A DNA stretch of 64,000 bases from Bacteroidota bacterium (GTDB lineage Bacteria; Bacteroidota; Bacteroidia; Flavobacteriales_D; JABDKJ01): the NCBI GenBank assembly GCA_024279715.1, contig JAJRRH010000106.1, positions 17,102-81,101 on the forward strand, in the 5' to 3' direction. Position 1 is the first letter of the stretch; the number at the start of each line of letters is the position of its first letter. Under the pieces are notes generated by a model. It was not told where the DNA came from and did no database searches. It saw nothing but the letters and a program-made list of their open reading frames with translations. Position numbers and translations under genes: made by a program. This document shows positions 6,696-15,974 of the stretch, one piece after another.

Positions 6696-9104
6696 ATGTA
6701 CCATTTTACAAGAGTTAGTTTTCTTATTTTATTCACCCTTGTTTGGGGTAATTTCTATACCCAAACCATTCCAATAAGTCAAGGTGGCACTGTGGATGTC
6801 ACTTGTGGTGGCGCTCCAATTATCTTTACAGATAGTGATGCTAGTGGTGGTAATTACGCGGCTGGAGAAGATTATACTATCACCTTCTGTCCTGATGGTG
6901 GAAATGCCGTATTCTTCTTAATTGACGCAATGACTGCAGGTGATACTTGGGATGTTGGTGCTGGGGACTATATCACCATTTATGATGGCGACAATACTTC
7001 AGCCAATATTCTTGGAAGCATTAGTACAGCTACGGATGGGCCAGTAATGTATTATGCTGCAACTGTTGAAAATCCATCTGGGTGCTTGACGATACAATTT
7101 AATTCTTCTGCAACAAGTAGCGGTGGTGCAGGTTGGACCTCACAAATCAACTGCGGTAATCAATGGCAACCTTTTAGTATTGAATTAGAAACAAGCCCTA
7201 CTGCTATGGATGACCAAAACTATACGGACATCTGTCAAGGGGATTCTGTTCACTTTTCAGCCAATGGTATTTTCCCTTATTCTGATGGGTCTGGATATAA
7301 TCAAGACAATAATAACTGTTATTGGGAATGGGATCTTGGTGACGGAACGGAGCTTGAAGGATTTGGACTAACAGAGGTTGACAATTCCTACACCGATCAG
7401 TTCGGATATCCAATAAAAATAACGGTTACAGACACGCTAGGTTTGATTCAGATATTTGAATCCTCCGTAAGGGTTTCTACCACGCCGAGTTTTGCTGGTG
7501 TTGTGAGTCAACTTCAGGATAGTATATGTCTTGGTAGTACAGCTACACTTGTGGGAGGTATTGCTCAAAATAACCAAGCTACCTTTGGCGTGGGTTCTAT
7601 TCCATCCTCTTTTATCAGTGGTGGTTTTTTAGCAGGGCAGACCTTCCTGCCAGATGGATCTGGTGCTTCTTATGAAACTTCAATTATCATTGATGACTTT
7701 CCTGCTGGAACTGTTTTCGAAAATGAATCCGATATTGTTGCTATATGTGCTACTATAGAGCATTCATATCTTGGTGACCTTGATATTTCATTGACTTGTC
7801 CTGATGGATCAACTATTGACCTTGTTACCCAAACTGGTGGCTCCACCAACTTGGGTATTCCTTGGGCTACCGCACCAGTAGATGGTGAATCTGCCAACAA
7901 CACCCCCGGCGTAGGTTTTGAATACTGCTGGAGACCCGATGCGGACAATGGTACTTTTGCGGATGAAGCAGGTCAAAATAGTCAGGAGTTTATTAGCGGT
8001 GATGGCCCTGGCACCTATACCGATACACAAATGGCAGAAGGAAGTTACCTGCCGATACAACCTATCTCTGACCTCATCGGTTGCCCAATTAATGGTGAAT
8101 GGACAATAACTGTTACCGATAATCTTGGTGCAGATAATGGTTATATTTTCTCTTGGGGTGTTCAATTTAATCCATTGATTGATCCAAATGCGGAAACCTA
8201 TCAGCCAAATCTTATTGATGTATATTGGTTAGATGATGCGACCATCATTGCTGGAAACGATACCATCATCACAGTCCAACCAATAGAGACTGGTAATTTT
8301 CCATACACGTTATTGGTTTCGGATGATTTTGGCTGTGATTATGATACGACAGTTGTCGTCACTGTTGTAGAAGCTTCTTCTTCTAGTGCTGTAGATCCAG
8401 CCTGTGCCAATCAAACAGCCATTGAAGTCCTTAATTCTGCCTATGGTGGTACTTGGTCTTATGAAACGGATATTGAAGGCGGATTTGCGAGTTTTGATAC
8501 GGAACAAGCATTTGTGAACTTACCGGGGGTCTATACATTGATATATCACGACTTATTATGCCAAACCGATGATGTACATATTGTCAATTTTCTTCCCCAA
8601 CCATTTGTGGATCTACCAGACACGATGACTATTTGTGAAGAATTTCCAGAAATAATAACTGCTAATTCCGGAGATACTGGATTTGGTGACTTTGAGTACA
8701 CGTGGATATTCCAAGGGGATACGATGGTGCCAGGAAATCAAGTTTCTCAAGAAGTGCAAGAAGCTGGCGTTTACGCTATTAATGTTTACGATCCTATTTG
8801 TGATGTTAGTTTTACAGATATTATTGATATTTCTACTAAGCCTTGTGGTATAGAAACTTATAATGTATTTACTCCTAATGGCGATGGAGAGAATGACTTT
8901 TTCTACATTCAATCTATTCATGAAAATATCTATGATGGATCCGTCGTACAAGTGTATAACAGATGGGGGAATCTACTCTTCGAGGAAACTAATTATAAGA
9001 ATGATTGGAATATGGATGAGTTGAATGATGGTACGTATTACTTTGTGCTTAGTGTGAGTAATGGGGATACGCACAAAGGCTCATTTACTGTTCTACATGA
9101 ATAG
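6696..9104 (+). CDS. T9SS type B (gliding-motility-associated) CTD protein with a proprotein-convertase P-domain-like module
   Basis: Signal peptide MYHFTRVSFLILFTLVWGNFYTQ. P-domain-like stretch HSYLGDLDISLTCPDGSTIDLV...GEWTITVTDN. C-terminal type B CTD YNVFTPNGDGENDFF...VYNRWGNLLFE...GTYYFVLSV. Confidence 0.85.
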   Translation: MYHFTRVSFLILFTLVWGNFYTQTIPISQGGTVDVTCGGAPIIFTDSDASGGNYAAGEDYTITFCPDGGNAVFFLIDAMTAGDTWDVGAGDYITIYDGDNTSANILGSISTATDGPVMYYAATVENPSGCLTIQFNSSATSSGGAGWTSQINCGNQWQPFSIELETSPTAMDDQNYTDICQGDSVHFSANGIFPYSDGSGYNQDNNNCYWEWDLGDGTELEGFGLTEVDNSYTDQFGYPIKITVTDTLGLIQIFESSVRVSTTPSFAGVVSQLQDSICLGSTATLVGGIAQNNQATFGVGSIPSSFISGGFLAGQTFLPDGSGASYETSIIIDDFPAGTVFENESDIVAICATIEHSYLGDLDISLTCPDGSTIDLVTQTGGSTNLGIPWATAPVDGESANNTPGVGFEYCWRPDADNGTFADEAGQNSQEFISGDGPGTYTDTQMAEGSYLPIQPISDLIGCPINGEWTITVTDNLGADNGYIFSWGVQFNPLIDPNAETYQPNLIDVYWLDDATIIAGNDTIITVQPIETGNFPYTLLVSDDFGCDYDTTVVVTVVEASSSSAVDPACANQTAIEVLNSAYGGTWSYETDIEGGFASFDTEQAFVNLPGVYTLIYHDLLCQTDDVHIVNFLPQPFVDLPDTMTICEEFPEIITANSGDTGFGDFEYTWIFQGDTMVPGNQVSQEVQEAGVYAINVYDPICDVSFTDIIDISTKPCGIETYNVFTPNGDGENDFFYIQSIHENIYDGSVVQVYNRWGNLLFEETNYKNDWNMDELNDGTYYFVLSVSNGDTHKGSFTVLHE

Positions 9105-9174
9105 AGATAAAATATAGTGACTAAATTGATTTTACTGAGATGGACTAGGTTAATTAACAAAGGGAATTCGTTTA

Positions 9175-10137
9175 TTAATCCAAAATTCCCTTGGTCATTA
9201 AGTCTTTCGCCAATTGTTCTGTAAAAACAGTTGCTCCCTTTCGATTCAGGTGCATAGCATTATAAAAATACGTGGTGTCGCTGCAAATCGGGTCATACAC
9301 GTAATTGATAAAGTGCACGTTGGACTCCTTTCCTAGTTGTTCAAACCCCATAACCAAACTATCCGTCTGTACTTGCAGGTCAGTAAATCCGCTATACTGT
9401 GGTGTAAATACCAAGACCAACTGAATATTTCTTTTCCGACAATCCTTTATCATATCATCCAATATTTCGAACCCCTCCTCTATAAGTTCATCCGGATGTA
9501 ATAAATAACCCCTTTTTAGTGTATCCGTCATTTGCTTAAACTCCCTGTTCCAACTTTTGTCTTTCGCTTCAAACCCTTTATACTCCGTATGTTTTATAGA
9601 AGGTGATTGTCCGGCGTAAAGCCTTAACCCCTCTTTGAATTCATCCATATATCCATGGTATTTGTAGAGCGGGAAATAACGGTCTAAAAAAAGTCGGTTG
9701 TCAACAAGTTTTAAATGGTCATAAATATTATTGTCGCTTAAAAAAGGCAGGTATTGTTGTTTTTTGAATACCGTCTCTGCATGCCCCATTGACATTAAAT
9801 CGACTGTCTGGATAATTACTCTAGGTGGCTTATTATAGGCTAAATAACTATCCCATCGTGCAAGTTGGGATCTCAATCTAGCGCCCTCCATTCCTAAATT
9901 ATATGAGTCTAATCCTGTTTTATCCTCCAAAATTTTAGGATCTATCAGACGCATCGCTCTTGAAGAACCGGCAACTAATAATTCTGCATTAATCTCACCT
10001 TCTACAATCATGTTCCACGTCTGGTGGTCGTTATTAGTGGATCGCTTCAAACCTTTATCTGCCATAAATGATAGTCCATAACAAATCGATAAGAATAATA
10101 AACCATAAATAAACGTGCATAGTAAAAATCCCTTCAT
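9175..10137 (-). CDS. membrane-anchored SGNH/GDSL-hydrolase-like partner of the MBOAT protein (AlgX/AlgJ-like role inferred)
   Basis: N-terminal TM helix. GSS in VAGSSRAM resembles block I, and NAMHLNRKG resembles the block V DxxH region. It lies 3 nt downstream of the MBOAT gene on the same strand. Confidence 0.55.
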   Translation of the reverse strand: MKGFLLCTFIYGLLFLSICYGLSFMADKGLKRSTNNDHQTWNMIVEGEINAELLVAGSSRAMRLIDPKILEDKTGLDSYNLGMEGARLRSQLARWDSYLAYNKPPRVIIQTVDLMSMGHAETVFKKQQYLPFLSDNNIYDHLKLVDNRLFLDRYFPLYKYHGYMDEFKEGLRLYAGQSPSIKHTEYKGFEAKDKSWNREFKQMTDTLKRGYLLHPDELIEEGFEILDDMIKDCRKRNIQLVLVFTPQYSGFTDLQVQTDSLVMGFEQLGKESNVHFINYVYDPICSDTTYFYNAMHLNRKGATVFTEQLAKDLMTKGILD

Positions 10138-10140
10138 CGC

Positions 10141-11604
10141 TTAAAATTGAAAATAAATAAATGAAGTTGCCTCATTAGAGATAAACAATATAATAATGAT
10201 TGCAAGCACAAAATATAAACCCCGTCTTACGATAGGAATCTTATCAAAAATATCTTCTAGTCCATGTTGCTTTCTCCGTTGTATCCATTCCACCCCCAAA
10301 AGAATGAAAATGAATAGAAAAGTGTATTTAAAATTGTTGTACTCCCTGACATTCTCGAACATATTGGACGTGAAGTTAGTCAGATTACCAGTCAGCATAC
10401 TATAAATATAATGAAAAGCATCCTGAATGGATTCCGCACGGAAAAAAATCCAAGCAAATACAGTTAATCCAAATGTTATACCCATTTGAAAAAGCTCTTT
10501 AATGGTTGGATACCAACGGTTTTGAGCAACAACATCAAGATTTTTTCTATTCTTTTTCATAAAAAAAGAAGGGAGAAAATATAAAGCATTCAGGGCCCCC
10601 CAAAACACAAAAGTCCAGTTGGCACCATGCCAGAAACCACTGACAAGAAAGATAGCAAAGATATTTCTTAACTGAATGCCCTGACTACCACGGCTTCCTC
10701 CCAAAGGAATATAAAGATAGTCTCTAAACCAAGTAGAAAGAGAAATATGCCAACGCCGCCAAAACTCGGCTATATCCCTAGAAAAGTACGGGAAGGCAAA
10801 GTTTTGCATTAGGTTGAAACCGAATAATCGAGAAGTACCAATAGCAATATCAGAATACCCTGAGAAATCTCCATATATTTGAAATGCAAACAAAATGGCA
10901 CCAATGACCAATCCACCGGAAGGTATTGTATCTACATTATTAAATATATGAGACACAAACGGGGATGCCATATCTGCGATTGCAATCTTTTTGAAGAACC
11001 CCCAAAGTATTTGCCGCATGCCATCTATCGCATTTTGTTGGTTGAATGTTCGCTTTTCATAAAATTGTGGGAGTAAATTAGTAGCTCGCTCTATCGGGCC
11101 CGCTACCAATTGTGGAAAAAAACTAACAAAAGCAAAGAAGGCTATGGGATCCTGGCTAGCTTTCAATTTACCACGATAAATATCAATGGTATAGCTCATT
11201 GTTTGGAAGGTATAAAAACTTATTCCTACGGGCAATACTATTTTTAAAGTTGAAAAATTGGGACTCATCCCAAACTGAGCAATCAAATCAGCGAAACTTT
11301 CAATGAAAAAATTGTAATACTTGAAAAAACCAAGGAATCCGAGGTTAACTACCATGCTTAAAATCAGGAAATTCTTCTTTCTGGAGGAACTATCCGACCT
11401 TTCAATTTCCCTGCCTGCCCAGAAATCAAGAACAGAACTGATGACTATAAGGGATAAAAAACGCCAATCCCACCAACCATAGAATAAATAACTAACCAAC
11501 AATACAAGTAGGTTCTGATTACGTAAACTACGCTGAAAAACAAACCAGTACAGAACAAAAACTGCCGGCAGAAACAAGAGGAACTCGAAAGAATTAAATA
11601 ACAT
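10141..11604 (-). CDS. MBOAT family O-acyltransferase (AlgI/DltB-like)
   Basis: Polytopic 487-aa protein with the AlgI/DltB signature RRWHISLSTWFRDYLYIPLGGSRG and FWHGANW. Confidence 0.9.
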   Translation of the reverse strand: MLFNSFEFLLFLPAVFVLYWFVFQRSLRNQNLLVLLVSYLFYGWWDWRFLSLIVISSVLDFWAGREIERSDSSSRKKNFLILSMVVNLGFLGFFKYYNFFIESFADLIAQFGMSPNFSTLKIVLPVGISFYTFQTMSYTIDIYRGKLKASQDPIAFFAFVSFFPQLVAGPIERATNLLPQFYEKRTFNQQNAIDGMRQILWGFFKKIAIADMASPFVSHIFNNVDTIPSGGLVIGAILFAFQIYGDFSGYSDIAIGTSRLFGFNLMQNFAFPYFSRDIAEFWRRWHISLSTWFRDYLYIPLGGSRGSQGIQLRNIFAIFLVSGFWHGANWTFVFWGALNALYFLPSFFMKKNRKNLDVVAQNRWYPTIKELFQMGITFGLTVFAWIFFRAESIQDAFHYIYSMLTGNLTNFTSNMFENVREYNNFKYTFLFIFILLGVEWIQRRKQHGLEDIFDKIPIVRRGLYFVLAIIIILFISNEATSFIYFQF

Positions 11605-11717
11605 ATATCTGCCTATAGATTGGCGGTGAAGTTAAATATTAAGAGGCACTACTGTCAATAATAAAATGAAATAATTAACACAGATTTTTTTATTTACTTC
11701 GCATAAAATAAAACACC

Positions 11718-12665
11718 ATGGCAGTAGGAGGATCTAAAACGGCAATTTACGGCGCTATAATAGCCAACTTTGCTATTGCAATAGCGAAATTTGTAGCGGC
11801 ATTTTTCACTTCAAGTTCAGCGATGCTATCTGAGGGAATACACTCATTAATAGACACTAGCAATGGAATGTTATTGTTATTGGGTATTAAAAAAAGCAAG
11901 AGATTACCTGATAAGGAGCACCCTTTTGGTTATGGCAAGGAAGTGTATTTTTGGAGTTTCGTGGTGGCTATATTTGTATTCTCATTGGGTGGTGGTGTTG
12001 CTATTTATGAAGGTATTCATCATCTCATTGAACCGACAGTTCCAAATAGTGAGAATGTTATATGGAGTTATTCTGTTTTGATTCTAGCGATTGTTTTTGA
12101 GGGTACAAGTCTAATAATAGCCTATAAACAATACAAAAAAGCGTATCCGAGTGCTAAAATAAGAAACATAGCAGAGAGTAAAGACGCAACAACATTTGCG
12201 ATATTGATGGAGGATTCAGCAGCTGTCATTGGATTATTTATAGCCCTTTTCGGAGTGTTTCTAACAGATATGACTCAAAATCCTGTCTTTGACGCTTCGG
12301 CTTCGATCGTTATTGGTGTTCTCCTAACTTTCGTGGCTTATTTTCTTGCTAGAGAAACCAAAGGGTTGCTTATTGGTGAAAGTGTCCTTACGAAGGATCT
12401 TGAGAAGATTAAAACGGTTATTGATGAGTATGATAATGTGGAGTATTACGGCAATATACACACAATGCACTTGAGTCCTGATGAAGTTTTGCTTGCAATG
12501 GATATCAATTTTAAGGATTCCATTACCGTGGGAGAATTAGAAGAAATAATTGCTGAAATTAAAAGTAAAATTCGAGCGCTTAATCCTTTTTATAAGTATA
12601 TCTTTCTTGAAACAGATGGTTATACTGGGAAAGTAGATGGTCGTCGGTTTATTGATGAGGATTAG
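11718..12665 (+). CDS. cation diffusion facilitator (CDF) family transporter
   Basis: Six predicted TM helices, a HSLIDTSN-type motif in TM2, and a C-terminal cytoplasmic domain. 315 aa. Confidence 0.8.
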   Translation: MAVGGSKTAIYGAIIANFAIAIAKFVAAFFTSSSAMLSEGIHSLIDTSNGMLLLLGIKKSKRLPDKEHPFGYGKEVYFWSFVVAIFVFSLGGGVAIYEGIHHLIEPTVPNSENVIWSYSVLILAIVFEGTSLIIAYKQYKKAYPSAKIRNIAESKDATTFAILMEDSAAVIGLFIALFGVFLTDMTQNPVFDASASIVIGVLLTFVAYFLARETKGLLIGESVLTKDLEKIKTVIDEYDNVEYYGNIHTMHLSPDEVLLAMDINFKDSITVGELEEIIAEIKSKIRALNPFYKYIFLETDGYTGKVDGRRFIDED

Positions 12666-13602
12666 CCTCTTTTTCGATTAACAGCAGGGTCTTTAATTTA
12701 AAAAGATCCAGAAAAAACATACTTGGACTATTTCCTAAAAGATTTTTATCAATCGTATTTGAAAATATTGCATAAACAGATAAGTATATGGATGATAGCC
12801 ATCTAGTCGCTTTCCAATACCTCAATAATTTCACATTTTGTAAGAGTAATTCAGCGTATTCATTATTTGAATAAATAGAATATAAACTTCTTACGGATGT
12901 TTTTACCTTATTGAGAAAAGAGGCATTGATTTCGATATCTTTATTTAAAACTGGGTTATCGATATGTTCTATTGAAATTTCATTTTGCTCTAATAATAAT
13001 CCCATTAAGGTGTCTTCGTGGCCATATTGGCTTATGCTTTCATCGAACTTTATCTCTTTTAGAACATCTGTATCAATCATGAAATTATTGGTCATAAACG
13101 ACTTGTACATGCTTAATTGTCGGGATTGATAGGATTTGCTCTCTCTCAGTGTGCCGTATGTCCAATGAAGTAGTTGTTGCAGATCGATGGGTCTTTCCCC
13201 ATAGATTCTCCCTCCTACTACTACCTTGTGTTGCAAATTATCGATGTAGTTTGCTAAAAACTTATCATTTATAGGTTCCCCATCACAATCTAGAAAAAGT
13301 AAGTTCTTATAACTCGCATAGTTAAGAAACAGATTGCGTATTTTTGATCTTCCTATATTTTGATCTAACTCGACAAAATGACTGCAATGATTCTTAACTT
13401 CCCGGTTGATTGATTTATAACTTTCCTTTGATGAATCATCAATTACAATTATCTCAGTTATCAGCTTATTATCAGATATTTGCTTTACCAAACACTGAAC
13501 TAAAGACCTTATATCAAAATTATAACTTGGAATACAAATTGAAATCATTTCACAAATATAAAAGACGTCATCGTCAAATCCCAGTTCTAGAATTTGAAAC
13601 AA
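12649..13602 (-). CDS. glycosyltransferase family 2
   Basis: N-terminal ISICIPSYN, VIDDSS and FLDCDG (DxD) motifs. Its 3' end overlaps the convergent CDF gene by 17 bp. Confidence 0.8.
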   Translation of the reverse strand: MFQILELGFDDDVFYICEMISICIPSYNFDIRSLVQCLVKQISDNKLITEIIVIDDSSKESYKSINREVKNHCSHFVELDQNIGRSKIRNLFLNYASYKNLLFLDCDGEPINDKFLANYIDNLQHKVVVGGRIYGERPIDLQQLLHWTYGTLRESKSYQSRQLSMYKSFMTNNFMIDTDVLKEIKFDESISQYGHEDTLMGLLLEQNEISIEHIDNPVLNKDIEINASFLNKVKTSVRSLYSIYSNNEYAELLLQNVKLLRYWKATRWLSSIYLSVYAIFSNTIDKNLLGNSPSMFFLDLFKLKTLLLIEKEANPHQ

Positions 13603-13630
13603 TCAGAGGGTCACTAGAATATTCTATCTA

Positions 13631-15214
13631 CTATACTTCAAGTTCCTCTTCGTCAGCATTAAAGAAACGATGCTCCATAAAAGTGTAGGAGCTCATAGGT
13701 CTAACTTCTAGTTCAATACCGAATCTCTCAGACCATTGGCGTTGTTTAGAATCCTTGTCCCAGAACTTCCATTTAGACGTTTGGGTTTCTTTACTCAGAT
13801 AAGCAGCAATAAACGGGTGTAGACACAGTGCTATATGACCACCTTTACCAACCACTGGCACTAAAGACTCTAATCGATGTTTTAATTCATCCGTAAATAA
13901 TATCGATGCTTCGATTTCACCACGTCCGTTACACGTAGGACATTTCTCAGCAGTTACGATATTTGTTTCAGGTCTTACTCTTTGACGAGTAATCTCTATT
14001 AGACCAAATCTACTAGGAGGTAAAATATTGCTTTTCGCCTTGTCGTCCTTAAAATGGTCTTTTAATACTGTATGTAATTTTTTCCTATTCTCACGGTTGC
14101 GCATGTCGATAAAATCAACAACGATAATGCCACCCATATCCCGAAGTTTCAATATTCTTGCGATTGCTTCTGCAGATTCTAAATTGGTTTCGAGGGCATT
14201 TTGCTCTTGGTCTAGCCCCTTGGCTTTTCTATTCCCACTATTCACATCTATGACGTGCATAGCTTCAGTATGTTCAACTATAAGGTAAGCACCACTTTTC
14301 ATGTTCACCTGACGTCCAAATGATGATTTTATTTGCTTGTGGACACCAAATCTATCGAAAATATCAATCTTCTCACTGTAATGTCTTACAATATTTGCCT
14401 TTTCAGGCGCAATATTCAATAAGTAATCTTTTATACTTGTAGCTGTTGCTTCATCATTTACATGAATACTTTTGAAGTTTTTGACCATTATGTCCCTCAA
14501 AAGAGCTGAAGTTCTATTTATTTCTCCGAGAAGCTTCCTTGGTGGTTTCGCTTTTTGAAGCACGCTGTGCATCTTCTTCCACCTCTCTACTAAAGAACGT
14601 AGGTCTTTATCCAATTCTGCGACCTTTCTACCTTCAGCAACAGTACGAACAATTACACCAAATCCAACAGGTACGATACTAGTAATCAACCTCTCTAATC
14701 TGTGACGTTCGTCTTTACTTTTAATCTTAGAGGAAATAGATATTTTCTTTCCAAAGGGTGCTAAAACAATAAATCTACCTGCTATGGTGACTTCAGAAGT
14801 CAGCCTTGGTCCTTTGGTAGAGATTGGTTCTTTCGCTATTTGTACTAAAATATGCTGGCCGGATTTAACTTGTTCGTCAATTTTACCCCTTTTATTGATA
14901 TCGGGCTCCATTTTAAGCTTATCGAGCATAGGATCTTTATGCTTTCCACTTGCTGAAAATTTAACAAACTTTTTTAGAGAAGAAAATTGTGGACTCAAGT
15001 CCAAATAATGCAAAAATGCATCTTTCTCATAACCAACGTCTACGAAACAAGCGTTAAGGCTCGTATTAACGTTTCTAACTCTTCCGAGGTATATATCACC
15101 TACTTGGAATTTCCTTTCGTTGTTCTCAGTATGAAGCTCAATAAGTGTATCATTTTCTAATACAGCTATTTTGACTTCATCATCGTGAGAATCAACGACT
15201 AATTCAATATTCAC
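13631..15214 (-). CDS. rng: ribonuclease E/G family (RNase G-like)
   Basis: N-terminal S1 domain (GDIYLGRVRNV), the catalytic VIDVNSGN motif, and a Zn-link CPTCNGRG. 527 aa. Confidence 0.9.
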   Translation of the reverse strand: MNIELVVDSHDDEVKIAVLENDTLIELHTENNERKFQVGDIYLGRVRNVNTSLNACFVDVGYEKDAFLHYLDLSPQFSSLKKFVKFSASGKHKDPMLDKLKMEPDINKRGKIDEQVKSGQHILVQIAKEPISTKGPRLTSEVTIAGRFIVLAPFGKKISISSKIKSKDERHRLERLITSIVPVGFGVIVRTVAEGRKVAELDKDLRSLVERWKKMHSVLQKAKPPRKLLGEINRTSALLRDIMVKNFKSIHVNDEATATSIKDYLLNIAPEKANIVRHYSEKIDIFDRFGVHKQIKSSFGRQVNMKSGAYLIVEHTEAMHVIDVNSGNRKAKGLDQEQNALETNLESAEAIARILKLRDMGGIIVVDFIDMRNRENRKKLHTVLKDHFKDDKAKSNILPPSRFGLIEITRQRVRPETNIVTAEKCPTCNGRGEIEASILFTDELKHRLESLVPVVGKGGHIALCLHPFIAAYLSKETQTSKWKFWDKDSKQRQWSERFGIELEVRPMSSYTFMEHRFFNADEEELEV

Positions 15215-15346
15215 AAAACCTAATTTTAGAGCCTTGCGAAGCGGTTATTGTACAGCAGTATCCTCCATCAGCTAAGATGAACGGGATACCTTGTATTACT
15301 AATTCAAAAAAATAGGTGTATCTCACCCATAGCCCATATAATTGGC

Positions 15347-15439
15347 TTATTTTTTCTTCTTATGTCTATTCTTACGTAATCTTTTCTTACGTTTATGTGT
15401 AGACATCTTATGTCTTTTTCTTTTCTTACCGCTTGGCAT
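15347..15439 (-). CDS. 30-aa Arg/Lys-rich peptide resembling ribosomal protein bS22 / mS38 (AURKAIP1/COX24-like)
   Basis: Hand translation: ATG CCA AGC GGT AAG ... TAA = MPSGKKRKRHKMSTHKRKKRLRKNRHKKKK. It is too short for the ORF track. It lies between hup and rng on the same strand. The KRxKMSxHKRKK core resembles mycobacterial bS22. Confidence 0.65.
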   Translation of the reverse strand: MPSGKKRKRHKMSTHKRKKRLRKNRHKKKK

Positions 15440-15582
15440 GACTTAATTTTATTATAATTTAACTATGTACATTCATAAATCATCTAATGTACATCTACTT
15501 TTAAGTGATAAATGCCATTTATCACTTCCCAACACTTACAGTGTGGGTGAAATATTAATAATTATAGCAATTTTCGCTATAA

Positions 15583-15870
15583 TTACACCTTCACATTTGT
15601 CTTAACTTTCTCAATGAAAGTCTTAGCTGGCTTGAAGGCTGGAATATTATGTGCAGGAATAATAATCGTAGTATTCTTCGAAATATTTCTTCCTGTCTTC
15701 TCTGCTCTTTTCTTAACGATGAAACTACCGAATCCTCTTAGATAAACATTCTCTCCTTCTGATAAAGATTTCTTCACCATCGCCATGAATGATTCAACTG
15801 TTGCTTGAACTTCAACTTTCTCTAATCCGGTTTTTTCCGAAATCTCTGTAACTAAATCTGCTTTTGTCAA
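15583..15870 (-). CDS. hup: HU family DNA-binding protein
   Basis: 95 aa, MTKADLV...GFGSF...R.GRNP-like arm (RAEKTGRNISKNTTIIIPAHNIPAFKP). Confidence 0.9.
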   Translation of the reverse strand: MTKADLVTEISEKTGLEKVEVQATVESFMAMVKKSLSEGENVYLRGFGSFIVKKRAEKTGRNISKNTTIIIPAHNIPAFKPAKTFIEKVKTNVKV

Positions 15871-15974
15871 CGTATTAATTTTTTTAATTCTTAAAATAAT
15901 TCTTTTAGCCCATATTATTAAGGGTGCAAAGATATATCTTTATATCGAATCTGTAAACCAATTTATAAAAAAAA

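Noticed and set aside
10011-10020. Third copy of the mnmG-flanking palindrome
   Set aside because: Only the half-site TGTTCCACGT matches, the palindrome is not completed, and it lies inside the SGNH-like CDS. Likely coincidence.
15503-15527. 11-bp perfect hairpin AAGTGATAAAT-GCC-ATTTATCACTT downstream of hup as its terminator
   Set aside because: On the minus (hup) strand it is followed by AAAAG, not a U-run. On the plus strand the T-run is on the wrong side. It may be a processing or stability element, but it cannot be called a canonical terminator.
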